A DNA stretch of 64,000 nt from Podarcis tiliguerta (lineage: Eukaryota): assembly GCA_965153285.1 (NCBI GenBank), contig OZ229118.1; one strand, 5' to 3'. The translations under genes and the position numbers were made by a program. How positions within the stretch are numbered: position 1 is the first letter of the stretch; each line of letters starts with the position of its first letter. A model generated the notes under the pieces. The model made no database searches. It was not told where the DNA came from and worked only from the letters and a program-made list of their open reading frames with translations. Shown one piece after another: positions 12,417 through 21,954 of this stretch.

Positions 12417-12759
12417 CAGACCCTCCAAGTGTCCCTATTTTCCAAGGATGTTCCTGATTTAGAGAAGCTATCCCAGTTTCTGATTTGATCTCAGAATGTT
12501 CCACTTTTCCATAGGATGTCTCTATTTTCACTGGGGAAATATTGGAAGGTATGGAGTTATTTGACCCCCAAGCAGTCTGAAGGCAATCCTGTATAGGGAA
12601 GTTTTTTTAATATTTAATGTTTGATTATATTTTTATATATGTTGGAAGCTGCCCAGAGTGGCTGGAGCAACCCAGTAAGATGCGTGGGATATAAATGGTA
12701 AAATTATCATTATGGAATGGGACGTCCCTATTTTCATTGGAGAAATGTTGGAGGGCATG
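12417..12759 (+). mobile_element. Composite MITE (TIR CA(G/T)ACCCTCCAA) with 6-bp TSD, carrying an internal L2 3' fragment
   Basis: Left end cagaccctccaag. The right end occurs twice (about 12520-12553 and 12727-12759, tgttggagggcatg). L2 tail at about 12575-12712. TSD AGCTAG at 12411-12416 and 12760-12765. Confidence 0.75.
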
Positions 12760-13057
12760 AGCTAGTGCTTACTATAGGATTGAAAGTACAATTTCAGTGC
12801 TTCTACTTTCCAAAGTCCAGAGGCATTGCTTAGCTCCTGCTAGTGATATTGCTAGAGTTTGTTATTCCTTTATTCAGAACATGAATTTGTAAACATTTGG
12901 ATTTGCTCTGAACTTAATACCATTTTCCCAAGACACTCTTTTCCAGCTCAAGACATAAAATGAGATTCTGAGCTTGAGCTTCCAGCAAACCATGTATCCA
13001 AAGCCAGCTGCCTGGAGCTACTGCTGAACCTCTCATTAATTGCTATGAACTACTAAC

Positions 13058-13390
13058 GCGGGTGGTGCTGTGCAGCCTAGGGCTTGCAGATCAAAAGGTC
13101 AGCAGTTCAAATCCCCGTGACGGGGTGAGCTCCTGTTGCTCGGTCCCTGCTCCTGCCAACCTAGCAGTTTGAAAGCACGTCAAAGTGCAAGTAGATAAAT
13201 AGGTACCGCTCCAGTGGGAAGGTAAACGGCGTTTCCGTGCGCTGCTCTGGTTCACCAGAAGCAGCTTAGACATGCTGGCCACATGACCCAGAAGCTGTAC
13301 ACCAGCTACCTCGGCCATTAAAGCGAGATGAGCACCACAACCCCAGAGTCATCCGCAACTGGACCTAACAGTCAGGGGTCCCTTTACCTT
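13058..13390 (+). mobile_element. Sauria SINE
   Basis: Typical body and cctttaccttt tail, with a small deletion in the head. TSD TACTAAC at 13051-13057 and 13391-13397. Confidence 0.92.
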
Positions 13391-13787
13391 TACTAACCAA
13401 GCAACACAGCTGAGTACCCCTTTGTTTGATAAGTGTGTTATTCCCTTGGGTTAATAGTTTGAGTGTCCCTTGAAAGCTGTTGGGTGTTAGTTTGCTCCCA
13501 TCCAGACCTAAACCATCTCTTGGTTCTTTTAACCTGGGCATGGTGAGAATGGTGACATTTCCAAATAGCTTTCCATCATGATTGGTTCTGGAAACTATAA
13601 TTCCCAAGGGGCAATGCAATAAGCGTATGCATGCAGAGTCATCACCATGCAAATGCAAACTGCATCCTAGAAAATAACTGTTGGAAAAGAGGTGAGTTTT
13701 TCCTCTCAATATTCACTGAGAAAGCATTCATTATTGGGCTAAATTGAGATGACAGGTGTTCTCCCATTACTTGTCCTGCTGGTTTGC

Positions 13788-14025
13788 AGAGTGGTACTGT
13801 AGTCTAAACCACTGAGGCTTTTGGGCTTGCCAATCAGAAGGTCAACAGTTCAAATCCATGCAATGGGGTGAGCTCCTGTTGCTCTGTCCCAGCCCCTGCT
13901 AACCAAGCAGTTCAAAAACATGCCAATGCAAGTAGATAAATAGGTACAGCTGGAGTGGGAAAGTAAACAGCATTTCCATGTGCTCTTGCGCTCATCATGG
14001 GGTCCCATTGCACCAGAAGCTATTT
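13788..14025 (+). mobile_element. Sauria SINE, 3'-truncated older copy
   Basis: gtggtactgtagtctaaaccactgag...gcaagtagataaataggtac...caccagaagc. CpGs have decayed and there is no tail. Confidence 0.85.
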
Positions 14026-15449
14026 AGAGAATTTCATCAAAATGAACATCGGAATGAACATCATTTTCTCAGGCTGAATGAGATCTGATTGATGCCAAAA
14101 GATAAGGCACAGAGCTGGGGGGGGGGGATCACAGACACAGGTGGGCAGTACCATTATTGGGACCAAGCAGAATGTCACAAAAACATGTCAAGGTTTTGAT
14201 TTCTGCAGAATTCTTCAGCAGGCAAGACGTTACACAGCAGAAAGACAATGAAGTCAGGGGCAAAGATTGTTGTGACTGCAGGCTGAATAAGTTCCTTCCA
14301 GTTGATACAGATATTGGGTTACCCATCCAGACTCAGTGGCTGCTCCCCATTCCTCGAAATTAAAGCTGGGCTGATAACTCACATCTGTCCCAAACCTCAA
14401 ACAAAACACACAGGTTTCTCTTGCAGTTCCAGAAATGTAGCAACAGCTATGAATTCAGGAAATATATTTTAAGCCAAATCTGAGTTATAATGTGTACTTC
14501 TATTATTCTTGTAAATGACACCTCTCTGATTCATTTTCTTATACACAAAATGTGTGAACTTTAAACAAAAACACATTATGTTTCATTTTCTTCTGCATAA
14601 GATTTTTTTTTTCATAAAACAATAAACCAGTGTTTACTTCCTCGGTTTCTCACAACAACAAAACTTCATTGCCATTCAGTACATTGCAAAAGAAATCAGT
14701 CTGGTATATAAGACTCCGGGTGTAGTTTAATCCCTGATAGTAGATTCTCTGTAGTGCAGAGGTCAAAAAGGAAGTTTTATCTTTAGTAGGATATGACAGC
14801 CATTCAAAATATCAGCATAAATCCATATCTGGATTTTCTACAAAGCTTTCACTCTATCAGGAAGCATCTCTTGCTCTCACTAAATCCCAAAAGGGATTTA
14901 CACCTTGTTGATCTTTGACTCAGGTGTTAGTGTAATATGTGGAAGAAATATGTTTCTCTACTGGCTGTCCATTTAAGTCAATACTATAAATAAATGATTT
15001 ATTTGAAGCAAAAATCCTTGTAATCAGACAAATTTTGATACTCAAAATATTATTGTAATCTTTCTATGATACATTTTATTTCAAATAATGTTTCAAAGTT
15101 GAAGAGAGCTTTGAAAACTTAGTTTTATTATTATTTCAAACAACCAATAAAAAAACCTATCTGTCAACTGCATCTGGAAATATCCAGAAATGCAGATTCC
15201 CATGGGAGATAAATAGCATGTTCATGTATCAGGCTGAAGACATTGACACAACATTGCTTAAATTGTTGGTCAATTATTTATAAGAATAGTTAGTCTGTAG
15301 GATTTCTGAGTCCCACCCAGTCACATTTAAAAGGGCATATCTCCCTTACATTTTTGTGGTTATCACCTTAACTATTGATTTTAGAAGGCAGTAGGGGGCC
15401 AAGATTTGATCGGAAGGAGTCAGGAGGTGAAACTTGATAATATGTTGCC

Positions 15450-15790
15450 AGGATGACACCTGGCTTGAGAGCAGTACATGTGAAAAGGATCTAGGAGTCT
15501 TGGTTGACCACAAACTTGACATGAGCCAACAGTGTGACGCGGCAGCTAAAAAAGCCAATGCAATTCTGGGCTGCATCAATAGGAGTATAGCATCTAGATC
15601 AAGGAGCTGTTCGACAGTGGAATTTGCTGCCAAGGAGTGTGGTGGAGTCTTCTTCTTTGGAGGTCTTTAAGCAGAGGCTTGACAACCATACGTCAGGAGT
15701 GCTCTGATGGTGTTTCCTGCTTGGCAGGGGGTTGGACTCGATGGCCCTTGTGGTCTCTTCCAACTCTATGATTCTATGATTCTAGGATTC
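15450..15790 (+). mobile_element. CR1 LINE 3' fragment with internal deletion
   Basis: Encodes [44 protein letters not shown] (CR1 ORF2, C-terminal to RT), jumps at about 15604 to the extreme ORF2 end and 3' UTR, and ends in (ATTCTATG)n. Confidence 0.9.
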
Positions 15791-15799
15791 TCATGTGCC

Positions 15800-16583
15800 T
15801 CATGAGTCATGTTGTGTGGATGCCTGATTATCATCTTCAAAAGCAACTACTCTATTCTGAACTAAAAATGGAAATCATAATGTTGGTGGTCAACAAAAAA
15901 GGTTTAAAGACTCTATCAAGGCAAATCTTTAAAATGTAGTATAAACATTGACAACTGGGAAACACTGGCCTATGAGCACTCCAGTTGGAGAACAGCCTTT
16001 ACCAAAGCTATCAAGGGCTTTGAAGATGCTCGATCTCAGGACAGAAGGGTGAAACGTGCTAAAAGGAAGGTGCACTTGGCAAACCCTCACCATGATCGAG
16101 AGCCAATGTGGTGTAGTGGTTAAGAGCGGTAGACGCATAATCTGGGGAACCGGGTTCGCGTCTCCGCTCCTCCACATGCAGCTGCTGGGTGACCTTGGGC
16201 TAGTCACACTTCTCTGAAGTCTCTCAGCCCCACTCACCTCACAGAGTGTTTGTTGTGGGGGAGGAAGGGAAAGGAGAATGTTAGCTGCTTTGAGACTTCT
16301 TCGGGTAGTGATAAAGCGGGATATCAAATCCAAACTCCTCCTCCTCCTCTTCTTCTTCTTCTTCTTCTTCTTCTTCTTCTTCTTCTTCTTCTTCTTCTTC
16401 CCACCTGGAAACCAATGTCCCATGGTGGAAGGACGTGTGGATCCAGAATTGGCCTCCACGGTCACTTAAGGACTCACTGCTAAAACAGTGTTTTGGAAGA
16501 CAATCTTACTCGGCTATGAGTGATTGCTGAAGAAGGAAGAGGAGGAGGAGGAGGAGGAGGAGGAGGAGGAGGAGGAGGAGGAG
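15800..16583 (+). mobile_element. RTE-clade LINE 3' fragment (interrupted by a SINE), with (GAA/GAG)n tail
   Basis: Degenerate HVVWMPDYHLQKQLLYSELK...GGQQKRFKDSIKANL and C-terminal GRTCGSRIGLHGHLRTH, typical of an RTE ORF end. Confidence 0.85.
16098..16400 (+). mobile_element. tRNA-derived SINE (Squam3-type) with (CTC/CTT)n tail
   Basis: Head gagagccaatgtggtgtagtggttaagagc, B box gggttcgcgtctcc, core gggtgaccttgggctagtcac. A second, near-identical copy lies at 41046-41343 on the opposite strand. Confidence 0.88.
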
Positions 16584-16585
16584 GA

Positions 16586-16720
16586 CATAAGAAGAACCCT
16601 GCTGGATCAGGCCAAAGACCCATCTCGTCCAACACTTTTAGAGTGGCCAACCAGAAGTCCAGGGGAAGCACACAAGCAGGACCTGAGCACAGCACACCCT
16701 CACTTGTGGTTCCTAGCATT
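16586..16720 (-). mobile_element. CR1-type 3' tail fragment
   Basis: cataagaagaaccctgctggatcaggccaaagacccatctcgtccaac, same family as the copy at 2867. Confidence 0.6.
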
Positions 16721-18127
16721 TGAGCTTCATGAAGTGCCCATAAATTAGTTGAGTTCTTAAATTATTATTGTTTTTTAAAGGGCTGTCTTCTTTCATGTGA
16801 GCCTGCCCAAACTGGCATTTTAAACTGGAATGTTGTTTTAACCACCTTGAAATATGTTGCTGAAGGATGGCTAATCAAATAAAATATCAAGCACCTCTGA
16901 CAGCTGAATGAAAAGGGTCAACTGATATATTTGAGTTACTTGTGTAAAGGCCTTGACTAGCACTGTGGAATAATTGACCCCACTTTCATTTCTCTACAGT
17001 TAACCTCCATGTCATGCTGCCAACTGCTTTTGAAACTGGGAATTTCAAAAGCAGTTGGGCATAAGCAGTCCACTATTTTGAATTTCTCCAAATAATATTG
17101 CTCTAGGACACTGTGGGAAATTCAAAATGGCAGGTGACAAGCCCAGACCAGAAGAACAAGTGGGCAGATGGGCCCAAGCCTAGAGAAGGCATCAAATACA
17201 CTATACCCTCTGGATTTCAGAGGATACTGGTTGCTGGTGCTAGGCCCACAGGTGGGCATAGAATGTGGGGCCACTGTTCAAGACACAGTCTAGAGCTTTC
17301 TTGGGCTCATGGGAATACTTTAACAGTTACCTGGCTCAATGCATTTAAACCACCACCATTATTTCCCTGCCTCTAATTCCCAAACCAAAGGAAAACTATT
17401 GGTTTTAGGTATGAAGTAAAACATAGTGGAAAAGCTACAGTTGCTAAATAAGCTGAATAAAAGAATCAACTCAAGTCGTAGATCCTCCTTAACCAGTATT
17501 GGTGGGTTGTTCCCCTCCCTTCCTGCTATCCTTCCCTAAAGCAAGCCCAACACTTTTTAAGTGCATGCTATCAAAACTGTTAATACATCACTTAATTATT
17601 TATGGTTCATTCCTCTTGTCAGAATCCTGGCAATTAACTGGAAATGTGATCCGATAATGCAACTCAAGAGACGAGCAATTTGACATCTCTACCTTCATGT
17701 GTCCAATTAGAAAAATTATGTAAACCTGATAGTCAGTAAAACCAGGAGGGGGTTGCTGGAATGTTGTTTAAGAACAATAGCAAGCCTTGAAAATCATGAT
17801 GGATTTGCTATCTTCAGTAACTGCTCCAAAGTTACAAGTTGTTGTTTTTTCCAGACCCACTCAGCAGTTAATATAAAGAGGGAATAAGGGACTTTCACAG
17901 CAGGACAAACTTTAGATTTATCACATTTAAAGCATGAACGCATTTTGTGTTCTCATGGGCTGGTCAGATTCTTGATATACTTGGATTAAGATATTTGTGT
18001 GCTTCCCATTATAATTGGCTTCATTCCAGATTATTATTTCCCTGCTTATAATATTCCAGCCCCCACTTTTCCCTTGTACTGCAGTTGTTACACTACAGTC
18101 AATTCTGTATGAAGAGACACACAGTAG

Positions 18128-18966
18128 TGTCACGAACAGGCTGTTTGAACAGCAAGACCACAAAACAGCAGCAGCAGACAGAGGTTTGCTAATGAGTTAC
18201 TTCATGTATTGAAATAGCAAGAAAAAGAAAGCAGAAGGAAGCTAAGGCTGAGTCTTAAAATACATTTCCCCAGTTGTTTTTAATAGATAATTCAAGCATT
18301 ATTTGACTTTAAAAAAGGAGCCATTTGTGCAAATCATTGTACCGGATGTTCACAGTGACTTAGTTGTATAGTGATGAATCTGGCTTGAACATGAAGTGTA
18401 AGTGCCCTTTGTACCCATTTCAACAACACTAGGAATCTGTAAAAGGAAGGAATTTAAACTTAACCATAGCTACGTGAACATGCTAACATATAGTGGAGGT
18501 CAGCTATCATTAATCCTCATAAATCAGAAAAGCCAGGCAATGCTACCCCCCACACTGAATTTTGGGCAATCCTACCATTTCTCTGGACCAAAACTGAGCT
18601 ATCAGACCCATTTTCTGATCCTCACGGCCACATCCATTCTCACATCAAGAGTACCGGAGAAACCTGTGAAGTCGTCTTAGACCACCGGACCACCAGATCT
18701 CTCCTTGATTAAAACTGTCCTCAGCCAAAGGGTTTTGTTGAGACATCCAAGACAGATGTCTCAGGTTGCCTGTTAAATAACAGACAAGGTTTTCTTCCTA
18801 GCTTGCTAAAAACTTGGAATGCCAGGCAAAAGCCAGTCACTTCCCAGAAACCCCCTCAGATTAATCTGTCACATAGACACCAACAAAACTGCAAAGCCCT
18901 GACAAACAAGGAACTCCAAATCTGAGTCCCCACCTCCCAAAGGTTAATGAGGAAATCATTTCAACA
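18128..18966 (-). mobile_element. Possible solo LTR
   Basis: Begins TGTCACGAAC and ends TTTCAACA (TG...CA termini). Composition differs from the flanks. No TSD seen, so the boundaries are uncertain. Confidence 0.35.
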
Positions 18967-19739
18967 AAACACCTAATTTACTACCAGGCTCAGCCTACAG
19001 TGTCATGTTAAGTGAAATGTGTGTGGGTTGGTAGTTAATGTGAATTTAATTGGTCCCTACTAGCTGCAGCTAATTAGTCCCTGTTAAAAAGCTGTTTGTG
19101 TATGAGTACATGCGCGCGTGCACGCACACACGCACACACACAAACACAAACACTTCGCTGTGCTGTTGATATTCCTACTGAAATGAACAGAATGAGGCAT
19201 GTGCTTCTTGAGAGAGAGAGCGGCCTTGGTTGCTTGTATTTTGACAGGGAGAGAAGAAATGCTTACTCCCAGTACAAAACTGATTTGGTCTCAATAGGGA
19301 TGCTTTCATGTGCTGCTCTGGGGCTAGCCAGTCTTCATGAAGCTTTCCTGACAGTGCTGTGGTGATCTAGGAGTTCCACATCGTCAGGATGTTAGACTGA
19401 CAGCAAAGTTTCATGTTTTCATCCCCCAAACGCCAATCCTTACCTATTTTTCACTTTAGGAGGCTTCTTCATACTCCTAACCAAGGAAAGAAGAAGCTTA
19501 GATGTGGTGCTATGTAGTGCTCGAAATCAGCCATGGGCAGAAACAGGGGTATGCACCACTTTCAGTGGTGAAGTTAAGTTATTTTAGAATCTGGAGCGTT
19601 GATTTTAGGAATGCTGCCACCCTTTAGTTGGCAATGTGTAAGACTTCATTTACTTCAAAATATGTTAAGAAAGTCCTGCTGCATTTGAGGGCCTTCCTGC
19701 CCAAGTAGGGTCCTTGGCCTTTGTCCTCACAACCCTGGC

Positions 19740-20090
19740 CTGATGACATGAGGGAATTAGCAATCATAGCTGCAAAACTTAAAGTAATATGGATCCTTCA
19801 AGCCCTGGTGGCTGCAAAGAGATTTCTACTTCAAGGTTGGAAGGATAAGCACCCACCACCATTGATTAGGCAGAGGACTGAAGGTCCTGCTGTCTTTTCT
19901 ACATTCTAGCATATATCTAAAAATTGTTAATCTCATTTGGATATATATTTGGGCACATGGACTTCCTATATGAATATATATGTTTAAGTCAGAACCAATT
20001 ATTTTTATTGTGAATGTGAGAGCCGGTACTCCTTTTTTTCTTTTTCTTATATTTCTTATATTTTGTTATATGTTGTAATTATTTCTTTTT
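19740..20090 (+). mobile_element. Old L1 3' fragment
   Basis: ILQALVAAKRFLLQGWKDKHPPPL resembles the L1 ORF2 C-terminal motif (compare MYATAAARILIAQYWKTEELPTL in the 33.9-kb copy), followed by a T-rich UTR. Confidence 0.6.
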
Positions 20091-20091
20091 C

Positions 20092-20284
20092 TCGGTAGTG
20101 GCGCCTGCCCTGTGGAACACCCTCCCATCAGATGCCAAGGAAATAAACAACTATCTGACTTTTATAAGACACCTGAAGGCAGTCCTGTTTAGGAAAGTTT
20201 TTAACGTTTTATCCTGTTTTTAATATCCTGTTGGGAGCTGCCCAGAGTGGCTGGGGAAACCCAGCCAGATGGGTGGGGTATGTA

Positions 20285-20319
<35 letters not shown>

Positions 20320-20321
20320 AA
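20092..20321 (+). mobile_element. L2-clade LINE 3' fragment with (TAAA)n tail
   Basis: tctcggtagtggcgcctgccctgtggaac...cagagtggctggggaaacccagccagatggg followed by (TAAA)n. Confidence 0.85.
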
Positions 20322-20426
20322 TATCAAGGAACTAGAGTCAAGGTTTTACACACACACTAAACTTCTTCTCTGCTACTTCTACAATATTTGTTGTGTGGTG
20401 TTTTCTTACTTTCCTACAGCACCAAG

Positions 20427-20866
20427 AAGGGATGGACCTATATGTCAATTTCAGTATCTCTCAATTCCTTATTATTCAGTTTTCCACACTTCCACATTAG
20501 TTTGTGACTTCTTTTTTTTATAAAAAAAGGACTGTGTGAAAATTTGTGTGTGTTTTCATGTGCATTTAATATAACATTCATTTATTTAAAATGCACATCT
20601 TTACACACAATTTTGCCTAATATATTTGCAAGTAATTTTGCCAATTACAATGCATTTTAGTACATTATTTTATCCAAAATAACATTTTTTTACACACTTT
20701 TGCCTAATATACACATTTTTGTATGCAGCTTTTGGTTGGAGAACTGCGCCCAAAAATTCAGATAAGTACAAGTTTTGAATGATAACTCCATGCATTGGTT
20801 TAGGAAGCACAAATTAGGTAGGTTTGCATTAAAAATGCTAAGTGAATTAGTTTCTCCCTCATTTTT
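20427..20866. mobile_element. Degenerate hAT-like non-autonomous element
   Basis: aagggatgg start and AT-rich tgcattt/aatgca repeats. Similar sequence at about 58230-58502 ends catcccta. Confidence 0.45.
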
Positions 20867-20970
20867 AGCACCAAGATCCTTCATATTTTGTGTATGCAAG
20901 TACCATTTGCATTGGCTATCAACCTGCTATCAGGCTCAGTTCAAGGTGTCCCTATAAAACTGAAGACCTG

Positions 20971-21131
20971 GGCTGGATCTAGACACATTAAAAAAGTGTT
21001 ACAAGAAAACACATTCTAAAGCTCAGAAAGGAAAATCGCATTGCTGAAGGATCAAACTCTTCAGCGCCATCTGATGTCACAGGTTTATAACGCACTTCTA
21101 ATGATATAATTGCCTGAATGTAGCTGAGCCC
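20971..21131. mobile_element. Small palindromic MITE containing a CTCF-like motif
   Basis: Ends ggctggatctagacac and aatgtagctgagcc; central cagcgccatctgatgtca. Confidence 0.4.
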
Positions 21132-21139
21132 CAGGTTAC

Positions 21140-21500
21140 TTGAAAGACTGCTTCATCCTTTATGCACACAGTAGATCGCTGCTGTCTGCAAGAGAGTTGC
21201 TCCTGAAAGCTCTAAAGTTCTCAGACGCCTTCTCTGCAGTAACTCAGTGAAAGGAGCAGCTGCCCCTGTTCTGTGAAACAGGATCTGTGTTGAGATACGG
21301 CAGGCATCCATTATCTGCACTTTCAGGAAACATTTGAAAACATTTTTCTTCCAGCAGGCTTTCCCAGCTGGATAAATAAGTCTTTACCACAAGTGTCCAC
21401 TTGTTAGAGTCTTAGCCTTGTTTTAAATATATGTGTTGTTGCTATTGTTGTGTTTACAATTGTTTTAATTATTGTGCTTGGTTTAGTGGTTTAGAAGGCA
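21140..21500 (+). mobile_element. Old L2-clade LINE 3' fragment
   Basis: cttgaaagactgc...gccttctctgcagt...gaaaacatttttcttccagcaggctttccc, the typical L2 ORF end. Confidence 0.55.
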
Positions 21501-21910
21501 ATTCATAGATCAATAGTGATGGTGATGGTGATAATACACCCACTGAGGAGGGCATAACAGGGATTTGAGAGTTAACCTGCCTTCTTTGTAGTCTCTTTCT
21601 CCCATTTCTTTCTCCTTTCAGAGCCACTCTAAGCATCCACCTTCAGCAAATCAGCATTAAATGCTAGTCAGGGTGCTCTGTAGGCTCAGGGTTTTCTGTA
21701 GGGTGCCCTAGCCCTCCATTTTTCCTCCTACTTTTTGACAACTTTCTCTTTCCCAAACCAATATGTCATGAACAATTTCACCACCAAGGAACAAGAAATG
21801 CTTCGCCATCTTAATTTCAGATTATAGGAAAGTCTTAATTAGGATCAGAAGGATGTTAGCATCTAGTAGTAGCAGCAGTCCAAGGAACTGTCTGTGAAAG
21901 AAACCTAGCA

Positions 21911-21954
21911 GTTGCTATCTGGTTGTCATGGAGAAAGAGTCGACGTCATAAATA
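21911..21954 (+). promoter_or_regulatory. Candidate X-box + CRE + TATA-like cluster
   Basis: GTTGCTA (21911), GTTGTCATGGAGAA (21922-21935), CGACGTCA (21941-21948), CATAAATA (21947-21954). Two CpGs retained. Confidence 0.35.

Noticed and set aside
15929-16748. ORFs with poly-K, L, F, G, E and P runs
   Set aside because: Translations of the (CTT)n and (GAG)n microsatellite tails of TEs.
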